Part shown: piece after piece, positions 10,750 to 22,224 of the stretch
Layout of the letters: each line of letters starts with the position of its first letter
Position numbering within the stretch: position 1 is the stretch's first letter
Assembly (NCBI GenBank): GCA_020184695.1
Contig: JAANOX010000136.1
Location: 186,001-250,000, forward strand
Reading direction: 5' to 3'
Origin: Histomonas meleagridis 2922-C6/04-290x
Lineage: Eukaryota > Protista > Parabasalia
Length of the DNA stretch: 64,000 nucleotides
Notes under the pieces: generated by a model
The model's database searches: none
What the model was told of the DNA's origin: nothing
The model's input: only the letters and a program-made list of their open reading frames with translations
Position numbers and translations under genes: made by a program

Positions 10750-12494
10750 ATGATTTTAGCCGTATTCTTGTGTGCTATTGCATCAATCAAAATCAGTGAT
10801 CCCAATTACTGTGAAGATTGTGAACCATGCAAGAAAGGTGAGTACTGGCCTTCTGATACAACTCATCATTGCGTAAAATGTCCGAAAGGAACATATAGTA
10901 ATGTTCGAGAATCAAGGTCATGCACAACATGTCCTGCTGGTTACTATGCTGATGAGGTTGGATCTAAGCAATGCAAACCATGTCTTCAAGGTTATTATTC
11001 AAACTCAAGTGATTCTTCTTCTTTCGAAACTTGCAAGAAATGCCCATCCGGCACAACAAGTGAAAAGTCTGAGGGTTCAACCAAATGTATTTCAACTCAA
11101 TGTTCAGCGGGAAAATATTTCGATACTGAAAGTTCGAGTTGTCGGAATTGTCCATACGGCACATATTCTAATTCCACTGACACACCAACATTTTCATCAT
11201 GTAAGAAATGTCCAGCAGGCACAGCAAGTGGTTCACACACCACCTATATATCTGGTGGAATTTATAAGACTGGCGCACCGAACTGTGAATTCTGTAAAGC
11301 AGGTACTTATTCAAAGGAAGGTGCGGGAGCATGTTCAGCATGTCCAGCAGGTACATACTCTGAAAAAGGAGCAACCGGATGCATAAAATGTCCAAAGGGA
11401 ACATATTCAACCCAAGGTTCAAGTTCATGTACAAGATGCCCCAGCGGCTCTTATTCAGATGAAGAAGGATTAGGTTCGTGCAAGAATTGTCCATATGGTT
11501 CATATTCTAATTCCACTGACACACCAACATTTTCATCATGTAAGAAATGTCCAGCAGGCACAGCAAGTGGTTCACACACCACCTATATATCTGGTGGAAT
11601 TTATAAGTCTGGTGCACCGAACTGTGAATTCTGTAAAGCAGGTACTTATTCAAAGGAAGGTGCGGGAGCATGTTCAGCATGTCCAGCGGTACATACTCTG
11701 AAAAAGGAGCAACCGGATGCATAAAATGTCCAAAGGGAACATATTCAACCCAAGGTTCAAGTTCATGTACAAGATGCCCCAGCGGCTCTTATTCAGATGA
11801 AGAAGGATTAGGTTCGTGCAAGAATTGTCCATATGGTTCATATTCTAATTCCACTGACACACCAACATTTTCATCATGTAAGAAATGTCCAGCAGGCACA
11901 GCAAGTGGTTCACACACCACCTATATATCTGGTGGAATTTATAAGTCTGGTGCACCGAACTGTGAATTCTGTAAAGCAGGTACTTATTCAAAGGAAGGTG
12001 CGGGAGCATGTTCAGCATGTCCAGCAGGTACATACTCTGAAAAAGGAGCAACCGGATGCATAAAATGTCCAAAGGGAACATATTCATCTTCAACAAGTGC
12101 CACAGGATGCACAAAGTGCGCTGCCGGCTATTACTCAGATGAAGAAGGCTCACTCAGCTGCAAGAAGTGTCCTCAATACTCCACATCTACCGAAGGTTCG
12201 TCAGAATGCCAAAGCACGCGCTGTCCAAAGGGTTCGTACACCACATCATCAGGATCATGTGCTCAGTGCTCCGCTGGTTACTACTCAGATGAAGAAGGCG
12301 CTAAGACATGTAAGAAGTGTCCAGCCGGTACATATGGTATTGCAGCCGGTGCCACATCACTTAACCTTTGCTACAACTGCCCATGCGGAACCATATCAGC
12401 AGAAGGCTCTTCCAAATGTACCGAATGTTCACCAGGATACTTCCCTAACAAAGAGCAATCCAAGTGCATGTTAATCGAAGACGATGACGAATAA
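10750..12494 (+). CDS. Secreted cysteine-rich CxxC-repeat protein (ephrin-receptor-like/GCC2-GCC3, VSP-like), split by a 1-nt deletion at 11687/11688
   Basis: Signal peptide and repeated CxxCPxGTYS motifs. ORFs 10750-11724 and 11670-12494 join if one A is restored (CCAGCGGT versus CCAGCAGGT in the sister repeat copies). No C-terminal TM segment. Confidence 0.8.
11146..12085 (+). repeat. 339-bp (113-aa) near-identical tandem repeat, about 2.8 copies
   Basis: AATTGTCCATA recurs at 11146, 11485 and 11823 (spacing 339 and 338). Confidence 0.95.
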
Positions 12495-12567
12495 AGGTGT
12501 ACCCCGTCAAAGTAAATGATTGAAATTTCAATCGAATTTGAATGTTTTATATCAAAGTGTCGTTTAA

Positions 12568-13450
12568 ATGTATTCTATAAATTTCGATGGGTTCGTCAGA
12601 GCGCTGCAGCTGTTGGAGCGCGGCGTCTTCCGTCTGAGCGAATGCGCCGAAAGATCAGTTGTTTACGTGGGTGAAAGTGTTGGATATCATTTAATTATTT
12701 TGTGTGTAATCTTTGTATGCATACTTTGTGTCTAAGAGTTTGGATGATATTTGTTTTGAATATCTAAGGCGATTGGAAATTAAGAATAAGAAATTTGTAA
12801 TATCAAAGGTTGGTGATATTTTTGCGCAGATGTTAAGTAAAATTGGTTCGCAAGAAGCAAATTATATGATTTATAAAATGACTGATAAGAAGCTAGTTGA
12901 TCAAAACACCTGTAAATTACTTTTCTTTGTTAATTATATGTCTGAGAAGGAAATTAACAAACTCAAATTTCATTATTTTTATAAATTTATAATTGAAAAT
13001 CATGAAGAGTTATCAAAGAATAATTTTGAACTCCATCAGAAATTTATCAAATAAGGACATAATCCAAATGAAATTGAATAAATAATTCGAAATGACGAAA
13101 TAGAAAAACTTCAAGAGAAATCATCACAAGAAAATTTGAATCAAACAATTAAACTATCACTTTATGAAAGATGTTCATTTATAAATAAAAAAAAATGTCG
13201 CATTAATTGAATACGCTGCATTTATTTCTGCTATTAAATGTTTTAAGTTTATACATATAAATAACACAAACATTGAAAATACAGGTAAGTATGCAATTAT
13301 AAGTGGAAATGAAGAAATCATTCATTTATGTGAACAAAATCATTCACCATTTTCTAAAGGATATGAAGCAGCAATCAAATTTCATAAAAATGATATTTAC
13401 CATTATATTTATGAAAATAAAATTATTAAAAATATTAATTTCGAAAGATT
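12568..13450 (+). pseudogene. DUF3447-type (ankyrin-associated) gene remnant, no ankyrin array
   Basis: Aligns with the paralogues at 44852 and 61222 (LYAYFV..ICFEYL; GHNPNEI..IIRNDEIEKLQE; SLYERCSFIN; TGKYAI; CEQNHS; AIKFHKNDI). Multiple stops and frameshifts. Confidence 0.75.
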
Positions 13451-13987
13451 GGTAGCACAGAAATAGTTAAATTACTTCTTTAACATCATGTCATTTCGAA
13501 AGAGATTTATTTGTGTTATTTCAAATTTATTTTGAAGTGCTTTTACTGATTTTACAGAATCTTTAGTTATTATCTATAATACATAAGCACATGCTCAATA
13601 TGGATCCAAGATTTTTTCTCAGATATGTGAGAAATTTTTGCCACATGAATCACTTCACATTATCGTAAAAAGTTTTTATTCAAAAAGTAAACATCGTATA
13701 CGATATGCTATCAATAATTTTTTTTTCATGTTCGATCAAATTATATACTTAAATATCAAAAATATATTCCAAATGATTAAAAATAATATATACTTATTGA
13801 ATATGTTCACTATGTCAAATAAAGTATATTATAATAATGATCATTTTTTCCATCAGGAAATGTTTCTTACTCAAGCTTAGCTTCGATGTTTTGCTTATTG
13901 AGGTTATGCAATTCCAATTCCTTGATGCAAATATTTTAAATCATATATAGGAATATATGAAATACTATATTAGTGATATTTATTTTG

Positions 13988-14383
13988 TTATGTTAGATCT
14001 GCAAATACCTCATTTTTAAATAAGTCTATTCCCATGAATATGGTATTATCAAGGTCATATCTTGGAAATGCATATTGTGGTTCTTGTTGAACATTTTGTG
14101 ACATTAACGTGTCATCCTGATCAGAATTTATTTCATCAATATTCATGGATGGTCTTTGAATAATCATTTGTATGAATTCTAAGTCAGCTTTATTGATTTT
14201 TTCTTCATCATCTACATAAATCCTTTTGATTGTACCATCTTGATCAACATCGAACGCTACTAATTTTTTCCAGAACTTGCCTTTGTTTCCCATAGGAATC
14301 AGAGAATAATATAAAGCAATTGAGAACTTTCGAAAAATGTTATAAAAATCAAATGTATGAAAAATTCTATATGTGTGAACCAT
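13988..14383 (-). CDS. Hypothetical protein
   Basis: 131-codon ORF with no recognisable domain; may be spurious or decayed. Confidence 0.3.
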   Translation of the reverse strand: MVHTYRIFHTFDFYNIFRKFSIALYYSLIPMGNKGKFWKKLVAFDVDQDGTIKRIYVDDEEKINKADLEFIQMIIQRPSMNIDEINSDQDDTLMSQNVQQEPQYAFPRYDLDNTIFMGIDLFKNEVFADLT

Positions 14384-15008
14384 TTTTGAATCACAAATTT
14401 GATTACTTAAATAAATCTTTGATCGTCAATGACATTGAATTTTTCACAAAAAGATATCGTTCAATAGAAAAACTTATTTTTTTAGCTGAAATGAAAACAA
14501 AACACAGTTGCCCACAAATTCCCCTTCTTTTGGGAATGCAGATAATCAAAAAGAAAAATAGCCCACATTTTAAATAAGATATATTTCAGTGTTATTTGTT
14601 TCCCTAATCAATTGATTTGTATTAACTTATTTTTTTGTAATGATTTATAAATTTCAATTTTCATTTTTAATTTTTATAGGTGTAGTGCGCTTAGCAATTA
14701 TGTAATTGATTCATGACTTCAAAACAAAAACTTAGAACATATACATTTGTATTTGACAGTTTAACTGAATTTAATAGTATTGAAAATACATCATCACCTG
14801 GGTTTTTACGAAGCCGGGATTTTGCATTTAGACTTTTATGAATTCGATAATGCTATACTTTAAACTTGATTTCCATCAGTTAACACGCGATTTTTTCAAA
14901 TCGTTTTGATCGTAAATTCACAGAATTTTGTTAGATTTATATTAGGCGGGTTGTTATCGTAATAAAGTTCTCAATTTTACCGGAATTTCTGCTATTTACA
15001 TTAGAAAA

Positions 15009-15560
15009 ATGGATGACTATAGTTTTTTGTCATCAGATTTTAATAAGTTTTTGTCACTTCAACTTAAAACGCAGAAAGCTAGAGAAGGTTTTGATGTAAA
15101 GTTAATTGCTCCTGTCGAACTTGATGCAATTTTGTATCTAACGTATGATCTTCAACAATTCATTCTTAAGCCGAATGGAAAGTACACAACATTTGATGCA
15201 ATTGTAATTCCGATTTTTTCAATTATATCTTTGAATACAACAGAACCAACGACAGCAGTAGATTCAAATCCAGAAGTACACTTAAGATTAACACTTCCTC
15301 CTTTTGCTGTTTCAATTGCTTTCCCAACAGATTGTCGTTCTTTTTCAAGTTTTTTGGAAACTTTAGAATTTTTGAGAATGACTCTTAATCAGTCAAAATT
15401 AACACCTGCACAACGTGAGATTCATGAATTGGTAAAAACCAATGAAATACTCATGTCGACAATTGAATCATTGCGCTCAACAAAACAACAGCAAGAAGAA
15501 GTTATCCAAGAATTGGCACAGATACTGAAAACTTTAACTGTGCCGCCAAAAACTGAATAA
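15009..15560 (+). CDS. Hypothetical protein with C-terminal coiled coil
   Basis: 183-codon ATG ORF; heptad-like C-terminus; TAAA stop. Confidence 0.65.
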   Translation: MDDYSFLSSDFNKFLSLQLKTQKAREGFDVKLIAPVELDAILYLTYDLQQFILKPNGKYTTFDAIVIPIFSIISLNTTEPTTAVDSNPEVHLRLTLPPFAVSIAFPTDCRSFSSFLETLEFLRMTLNQSKLTPAQREIHELVKTNEILMSTIESLRSTKQQQEEVIQELAQILKTLTVPPKTE

Positions 15561-16000
15561 ACGTTTATTATGTACGTTTAAAAATATTTTTCCTTCGCTT
15601 TAGATTTGATTTTTTTACAATTTAGATGTTTTGTAAATTACTTCATTTCCATCCGTTTATATTTGAGAAATAATTATTTATTCATTTAAATTAATACGAT
15701 TATTTTTTTTTCGAATTTAGAAATAATAGTGAATTATTATATCCTCAATACTAGATTTTTTTCCCAATATTAGCACCAATAAGCGTAATTACAATTTTCA
15801 AGCAAAAGAATAGTCTGATTTTATCAGTAAATTTTCCCAAAAGTCAGCTTTGGTCCTTTGCACAAGTAAATCATACAAATTTTACTTTTTCCTTTTATAT
15901 AAAAGTGGACACAACAAAAATTTTCCATTGAAATTTCCAATCATTTATACAAATTTTGAGTATAGTCAAATCCAACCATTCATGATCACTTCATTATTCC

Positions 16001-17872
16001 ATGAGCTATGCTGACCTTCATCACCAAATATCTTCAGAATATTCAGATGAATTGTCTTTAAATCCACTACAAGAGGAGCCTGCTGATTTAAATCAGAAGG
16101 AAGAATTTGGTGCACGTCTGAGATTATATAAAATGTTATTTAAATATCCGAAAGCATGCCTTGGAATAATCCCATCAATGTTTATTGGTTCTGTTCCTAT
16201 TATTACATTTTTGTTTGTCGGAAGAATTATTAATGTTATTAGTGAATATGAACATTCAAGAGGTCAAATAAATAATTTTAATGAAATTAAAAGTTATTCT
16301 TTATATTTAGTTATTATAGCGATTATCATAGGCATTTGCAAATTTTTAGATGGATTTTTATGGACAAAAGTCGGTTCTGAATTTACAAATGATTTAAAGT
16401 TTAAAGTATTTGATAAAATTATGAAAAGCGATATATCATTTTTTGACCAAAAATCTATTGGTGACATGCTTACATTACTTGGTCAAGAAACAGAACATGT
16501 TCAATTTGCTTTTGGTCAAACGAAAGGGCAAGAATTTCAATTTATTGGTCAATTTTTAGTTGGTATTATAATTACATATTTTTATTGTTGGAAAATTGCA
16601 TTAATTGCTACATGTACATTACCATATTTTATATTTTTGATTTTAATTTTTGGTAAATTTATTGGACGCCATTATAATCTTTTATATGTATATACAGGAA
16701 AATCTATTACAATTGCAGATGAAACCTTATCATCAATTCGAACAGTTAGAGGATTTAATCGTGAAGAAGCTGAATATCAACGATTTATGGTTGAAACCAA
16801 AAAAGCTGCTCGAGAAGATCAAAAATCAGGTGTATTTATATCTTTTTTATATACTTTAATTGATTTTAGTGTTTGGGTAATTGTTGTTGGAGATACATAT
16901 TACGGAGCTCAATTAGTAGATAAAGGGGAACTTCTATCAAGTGATTTAATTTCGATCTTTGGTTTCTTATTATTTGGTTGTATTGGAATTGTTATGTTAC
17001 AATTACTTTTACAAGGTGAAGAACATGCAATTCATTCAGGAAAAAATATTCTTGAAATATTAGGAGAAGAATCATCAATTCCATTTGAAGGAGGAGAAAT
17101 AATTGAAGATTTCAAAGGTCATATTGAATTCAAAAATGTTTCATTTAAATATCCAACACGTGATGTATATGTATTAAAGAATGTTTCATTCGAAATTAAA
17201 CCAGGAGAAATGGGAGCACTTGTAGGACATTCAGGATCAGGAAAATCAACATGTATTCAATTATTAGAAAGATTTTATGATGCAACAGAAGGTGAAATTT
17301 TACTTGATGGCAAAGATATAACAACACTTGATCCTCATTGGCTTCATCAAAAAATTAGTCTTGTTTCACAAGAACCAATTCTATTTCAATTGTCTGTTGA
17401 AGATAATATTAAATATGGTCAAAGAGATGCTACAGAAGAAATGGTTATTGAAGCAGCTAAAAAATCAAATGCTTTTAACTTTATTGAAAAATTGGAGGGT
17501 AAATTTGATTATTTCGTTGGAGAAAAAGGTGATACTGTAAGTGGAGGACAAAGACAACGAATTGCAATTGCTCGTGCTTTAATCAGAAATCCAGTAATTT
17601 TAATGGCAGATGAAGCTACTTCAGCACTTGATGCAGAAAGTGAGAAAAAGGTTCAAATAGCTTTAGATGAAGTAATGAAAAATAGAACATCAGTTGTAGT
17701 AGCTCATAGATTAAGCACAATTAAGAACGCCAATATTATTTATGTTTTTGATTCAGGTGAAATTAAAGAAAAAGGTACTCATTCTTCTTTACTTAAGAAA
17801 AAAGGTTATTATTATGAACTTGTTAAAATGCAAATCAAAGAAGATCACAGTAACATGAAGAAGAAAAAATAA
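16001..17872 (+). CDS. ABC half-transporter, ABCB (MDR/TAP-like)
   Basis: TM domain followed by NBD: Walker A GHSGSGKS, Q-loop VSQEP, signature VSGGQRQR, Walker B ILMADEATSALD, H-loop AHRLST. Confidence 0.95.
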   Translation: MSYADLHHQISSEYSDELSLNPLQEEPADLNQKEEFGARLRLYKMLFKYPKACLGIIPSMFIGSVPIITFLFVGRIINVISEYEHSRGQINNFNEIKSYSLYLVIIAIIIGICKFLDGFLWTKVGSEFTNDLKFKVFDKIMKSDISFFDQKSIGDMLTLLGQETEHVQFAFGQTKGQEFQFIGQFLVGIIITYFYCWKIALIATCTLPYFIFLILIFGKFIGRHYNLLYVYTGKSITIADETLSSIRTVRGFNREEAEYQRFMVETKKAAREDQKSGVFISFLYTLIDFSVWVIVVGDTYYGAQLVDKGELLSSDLISIFGFLLFGCIGIVMLQLLLQGEEHAIHSGKNILEILGEESSIPFEGGEIIEDFKGHIEFKNVSFKYPTRDVYVLKNVSFEIKPGEMGALVGHSGSGKSTCIQLLERFYDATEGEILLDGKDITTLDPHWLHQKISLVSQEPILFQLSVEDNIKYGQRDATEEMVIEAAKKSNAFNFIEKLEGKFDYFVGEKGDTVSGGQRQRIAIARALIRNPVILMADEATSALDAESEKKVQIALDEVMKNRTSVVVAHRLSTIKNANIIYVFDSGEIKEKGTHSSLLKKKGYYYELVKMQIKEDHSNMKKKK

Positions 17873-18006
17873 ACATTGATATGTTTGTATGAATAAAAAC
17901 ATAGATATAAATAATTGAATTATTTTAAATGCATAATTTCCTTTTTAGGATAACAAACTCAATTTTGACACAATTTCAAATTTGATAATGAATGAATTTA
18001 TATTAT

Positions 18007-18861
18007 TTATTCATATACTTCACAAGATAAACATCCGAAATATGAACCAATTGCACTCGTTAAGTGGAAGAAACAATGAGAATGGAAAATATATCTAAAT
18101 AAAGGCGTCCGTGCAAAGCGCTCAGGGAAATGTGATGACCTAAAGCACAGTCCGATGCCCTGCCACAAGAATGTGATCACTCTCAACTTGATGAACTTAA
18201 TCATTGTCTGATCAATTCCGTTTATAAGATAGGCATGAAACATTAGTGGAAAACATAGAAAAGAAATAAATGTGCATAAGAATGTGCGGAGCCAATAAAT
18301 TTTGTAGTGAAGAATGATTGGAATCAATAGGATAAAAGTGATAAAAAGGATTCCATAAACAGTAAGATACATCTTTAGAAGATCAGGACGGCTATCAGAG
18401 AAAAAACAAATTGTGTCACTAAATAAGTAAGAGAAAATTTGAATTGCAATTCCATTTACATCTAAAACTAATGTCATGTTGTACATTTTTCGGCTAAAGT
18501 TTCGGAGAGTATGATATGCTGCCGACATGAAAAATGTAAGAGCACAAAGATAATTAACAATAGCACATCTTTTATTTTGATAAAATGATCTGTATATAAA
18601 AAAAACTCCAAAAAGAAAATGAACATAAATGTTTGTTGTGTCTGTATGAATTGTGGTTAGTACATTCCAAATAGTTTTTAAATTAATTGGTTGACCAACC
18701 ATTATTTTGTAATGTGTCATATATTCATTATCGCAAAGTACAACCTTAAGATCTTCCCATTGTTTTTGTAGAGCTGGATCAGGATTATCGAATTTTTGTG
18801 GGTGTCTTTCGTATTTTAGCTTCCCGCTCATTGAACAGTTCACGAATGGCTTACGATACAT
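18007..18861 (-). CDS. PAQR/haemolysin-III family membrane protein
   Basis: ExxNxxxH-like TTNIYVHF, SAAYHTL, LDVNGI, HFPER, FHSHCFFH (conserved His motifs); about 7 TM helices. Confidence 0.85.
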   Translation of the reverse strand: MYRKPFVNCSMSGKLKYERHPQKFDNPDPALQKQWEDLKVVLCDNEYMTHYKIMVGQPINLKTIWNVLTTIHTDTTNIYVHFLFGVFFIYRSFYQNKRCAIVNYLCALTFFMSAAYHTLRNFSRKMYNMTLVLDVNGIAIQIFSYLFSDTICFFSDSRPDLLKMYLTVYGILFITFILLIPIILHYKIYWLRTFLCTFISFLCFPLMFHAYLINGIDQTMIKFIKLRVITFLWQGIGLCFRSSHFPERFARTPLFRYIFHSHCFFHLTSAIGSYFGCLSCEVYE

Positions 18862-19035
18862 AAATTGAATAATATTTTACGGTTCTTAAACTGCTTCAGG
18901 TGGAATAATGTAGTCTATATTGATTCAAATTTGCATTAAATATTTGTCCTAATCATAATGACTACCTGTAATTCCTATAGTGCTAAAAACTAAATAACAG
19001 CTTTATTTGTTAAATTTGTTCTCATTTGCCTCAAA

Positions 19036-19983
19036 ATGATAATAAGATTCATAAAGGTTGCGCTTTTTGATTATTTCAAATTGAATAGATTATTTCGAAC
19101 GATAGATATTGGCGCCAACACCAATTGCATGGAAAACAGAAAACATAATTCAAATACTGAAGTCTACAACAGAAACAAAAAATTCATTGAAGAAAAAAAG
19201 AAATGGGTTGAAGAAAATCAAAATTTTAATAAAGGATCAAATCATGAATTAACAAAATTTCGAAAAAATGAAATTCAAGAAGAAATTTGGGATAAAAATG
19301 GTTATATAATTCATTGGAATAAAAGAGATCAAGAAAAAGTGCAAACAGAGCATCAACCTAGAGTTTTGACTCCTCGAAGATTAACTACACAAGAGCAAAA
19401 AGATTTTATTGAAAGAAATGTAGATAAATACTACAAGAAAAACGAAGACTTACAAAACAATAGAAAAAAAGAGAAAATCAAAAAAACATATGATTTAAAT
19501 GAATTTTTTGAAAGACAAAATCAAGCATCAAAACGAAAACTTAAAACAAAGGTACCTCCAAGAAAAAAGCATTCATATATATCCCCTAAAAGCCGTGAGA
19601 TAATAAGAAATCTTCGTTCCCAACCTTCAAAAGAGATAAAAGAAGGTGATGAAAAAGAAGAAGCTAATACACATAAACCAGATAAATCACCAACAAAATA
19701 TTTTCGAACAAATGGTCTTAGTATTGAAAATGTTGAAGCTCAAATTATACTTAAAGATATAAACATGAGATCAATGAGAATTGAACGTTCTTTAGAAGAG
19801 ATGAAAGACTGTACTTTCAAACCTGTTTTATATGATTCCAAAGAAAAAAGAGATAAATTAGCCAAAAGATGTGAAAAACGAAAAAACATGGCAAACAAAT
19901 CAAGTCCGAATGAATACAAATATATTAGCGTTAACAAACAATTTTTTATTGATCGTTCACCAAAACAAGATCAAGGAAAATGA
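19036..19983 (+). CDS. Hypothetical basic/coiled-coil protein
   Basis: 315-codon ORF; ECTFKP-like motif (DCTFKP). The start could be a downstream ATG (MENRK). Confidence 0.6.
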   Translation: MIIRFIKVALFDYFKLNRLFRTIDIGANTNCMENRKHNSNTEVYNRNKKFIEEKKKWVEENQNFNKGSNHELTKFRKNEIQEEIWDKNGYIIHWNKRDQEKVQTEHQPRVLTPRRLTTQEQKDFIERNVDKYYKKNEDLQNNRKKEKIKKTYDLNEFFERQNQASKRKLKTKVPPRKKHSYISPKSREIIRNLRSQPSKEIKEGDEKEEANTHKPDKSPTKYFRTNGLSIENVEAQIILKDINMRSMRIERSLEEMKDCTFKPVLYDSKEKRDKLAKRCEKRKNMANKSSPNEYKYISVNKQFFIDRSPKQDQGK

Positions 19984-20682
19984 AAATTGTTTGATTTTGT
20001 TAATGTATCAATACCTTTTTAGCTTTGGGAGTTATTAAAAAAAGTGTGATATACAACTATTCCCAACGACACACCCTAGTATGTTTGTAAAAATAAAATC
20101 TGGTCGATTTATGAATGATCAACTTCACAATGAAATAAACAAAATTCAGCTGAATTTTTCAAATGCAAAAGCATATAAGGAAAAACGAGAATTGTTGTGC
20201 TTGTTATTTTTGTTCTTTTGAAATAGCAAGTTATGGAATTTCATTAATTTTTTTGTTTGTATCTCTAGAGATATCATTCTTAGAGGGTTCCATTCTATTT
20301 CATTTCCCATGTTCACATTAATTTGTATCAGAGTAATTTCATTTGAATTGAATCATTTTATATCATTATAATTTTTTTTAAAGAATCTATGTTTTAATCG
20401 AATTTAAATGTTTTAGTGAAACTTTTACCAAATTTTGTATTTTAAACAAGGTCATTATCATTAAATGTTTGATCGATTAACACATTTTTTGTTGGGGATA
20501 AAAATAAAATCTTCATGGATTATTTTTATTTCTGACATACATTTAATTGAAATTTAGTGTCTGAAATCACATGGATAGTTGAGAATACTGTGTAAATCAA
20601 TATTTTTCTCAATGTGAACTGAAAATATGATGCCGGCGTAAAATTCACAATTTTGGTGGTTGATGACAAACCCAGCAAAAAG

Positions 20683-21297
20683 ATGAAAAATACTTCAGAT
20701 ACTAATGATACATCAAATTTACCATGTGCAAAAGTTGTTTTTGCTGGGTATTGTTCAGGAAGAACTTCTCTTATCAATAGATTTTTAAATGGGACATTTG
20801 AAGAAAGGATAAATGCAACAATTGGAACTAACATTGATTCTAAGAATGTAAGCTTTCAAGGGCATTCTTTTGAAATGATGATCATGGATCCTAATGGTTT
20901 GGAAAGGAATAGTTGTATGAGATCTATGTACTATCCTCAAGGAGATGTGTTTGTTATCGTTTTTTCCATTCGAGAGCGTTACACCTTTGATAGAATCAAA
21001 GATTTTTATGGCGAAATAACGAAAGTTGTTAATAATCCAACCATTTTCTTATGTGCTAATAAGTGTGATTTAACCGTTGGTAATGAAGTAACGCATGAAG
21101 AGGGAATTAAAATGGCCCAGGAAATACATGCTGTAGAATACATCAAAACAAGTGCTTTAACAGGCGAAGGCGTCGATGAGCTATTTGAAAAGATAATCGA
21201 AAAGTGCTATATTGCGAAAGAAAATGAAAGCAAAAATTCTCAACCTGCGAATAATGTGAATCAGGAAAACAAAAATAAAAATTGCGAAATTGCATAG
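20683..21297 (+). CDS. Atypical Ras-superfamily (Rab/Ras-like) GTPase with CaaX
   Basis: G1 AGYCSGRTS, G2 ATIG, G3 DPNGLE, G4 NKCD, G5 TSAL, C-terminal CEIA. ATG at 20683. Confidence 0.8.
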   Translation: MKNTSDTNDTSNLPCAKVVFAGYCSGRTSLINRFLNGTFEERINATIGTNIDSKNVSFQGHSFEMMIMDPNGLERNSCMRSMYYPQGDVFVIVFSIRERYTFDRIKDFYGEITKVVNNPTIFLCANKCDLTVGNEVTHEEGIKMAQEIHAVEYIKTSALTGEGVDELFEKIIEKCYIAKENESKNSQPANNVNQENKNKNCEIA

Positions 21298-21623
21298 CTA
21301 TTGGTATGTAAAAATTCTTATTAGTCAAAGTTTTATTTTTTTTAAACAATCTAATTTTTTAATATTACAGTGAATTCCGGATTATCCATATTGGACATAA
21401 AATACCTTTTATATACATTTTTGGTGATTTACGATTTGTGATTCTTAAATAATAATATGAATAATGTATATTTATCTATTATGAAGAACTTATTTCGAAA
21501 TTATCCCTTAGCGGACTCGACATCATAAAATAAGAATCACTTTTAATAACAACACTTAAAAAAGTCAAAAATATTAATTTATTTATTTTCTTATTGAAAT
21601 TACCCAACTAAAAAATGTTATCT

Positions 21624-22166
21624 TTAGAATCCAATTATTTCCTTTAACTCCATTAACTGGTTCACAGTTATATTATACAAACTCTTTGTTGACTGTTCGT
21701 TACAAGCGGCCGGAGTTGCGAATATTATTCTATACTCACATTGACTCATCTCAACAGTACTCAACAACTTATTCTCACTCCAACACATAAGCACAACATC
21801 AGATTTTCTTCCTCTTCCTGTCTGCCAGCAATGTTGGCCATTTTCATATTCCATTGTTCCGTTTTCATAACTACGTAAGTTGCTGAGTTTCGTATGATCT
21901 TGTAAACGAAGTGCTGATATTTGCTTGTTGTATTGACGTGTAAGCTCGTTCCCTGGTGTTGGAACATCAGCAGAGTCAATAAATAACGTGATTTGCCAAA
22001 GCTTGATAAGGAAATCACGGAACGAAAACGATTTCGTGTTTGGCGCTGTTGTTGTTACTTCGCTTTCTTTTGGTTTTTCATTGTTTTGCTCATTTGGTTC
22101 TTCTGTAACTTCTTCCGTGACTTCTTCTGTAGCTTCGAACGAGCGAGATCTGATCTGATGAAGATT
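21624..22166 (-). pseudogene. 5'-truncated glucosidase II beta subunit (PRKCSH/MRH domain) gene
   Basis: MRH motif YENGQHCW...RKSDVVLMCWSENKLLSTVEMSQCEYRIIFATPAAC, preceded in frame by an acidic EEVTEE tract. The frame is open from 22166 but the first ATG is at 21854; N-terminal domains are missing. Confidence 0.6.
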
Positions 22167-22224
22167 TTAAACGTATAATGGGGTACCCTACTTTTTTTGG
22201 CCATGTGAAAATCTCGAAACAAAA

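Noticed and set aside
10901-12474. Overlapping short ORFs in the Cys-rich gene
   Set aside because: Shadow frames of the 339-bp repeat.
12568-12735. GC-rich (37/60 at 12601-12660) 55-codon ORF as a foreign island or small TM protein
   Set aside because: It aligns with the N-terminus of the DUF3447 paralogues (ECAE versus ESAE; GYHLII versus SYSFNFII), so it is the frameshifted 5' end of the pseudogene.
14320-14577. 85-codon ORF overlapping 13988-14383 head-to-head
   Set aside because: No domain similarity in AT-rich decayed context; insufficient support.
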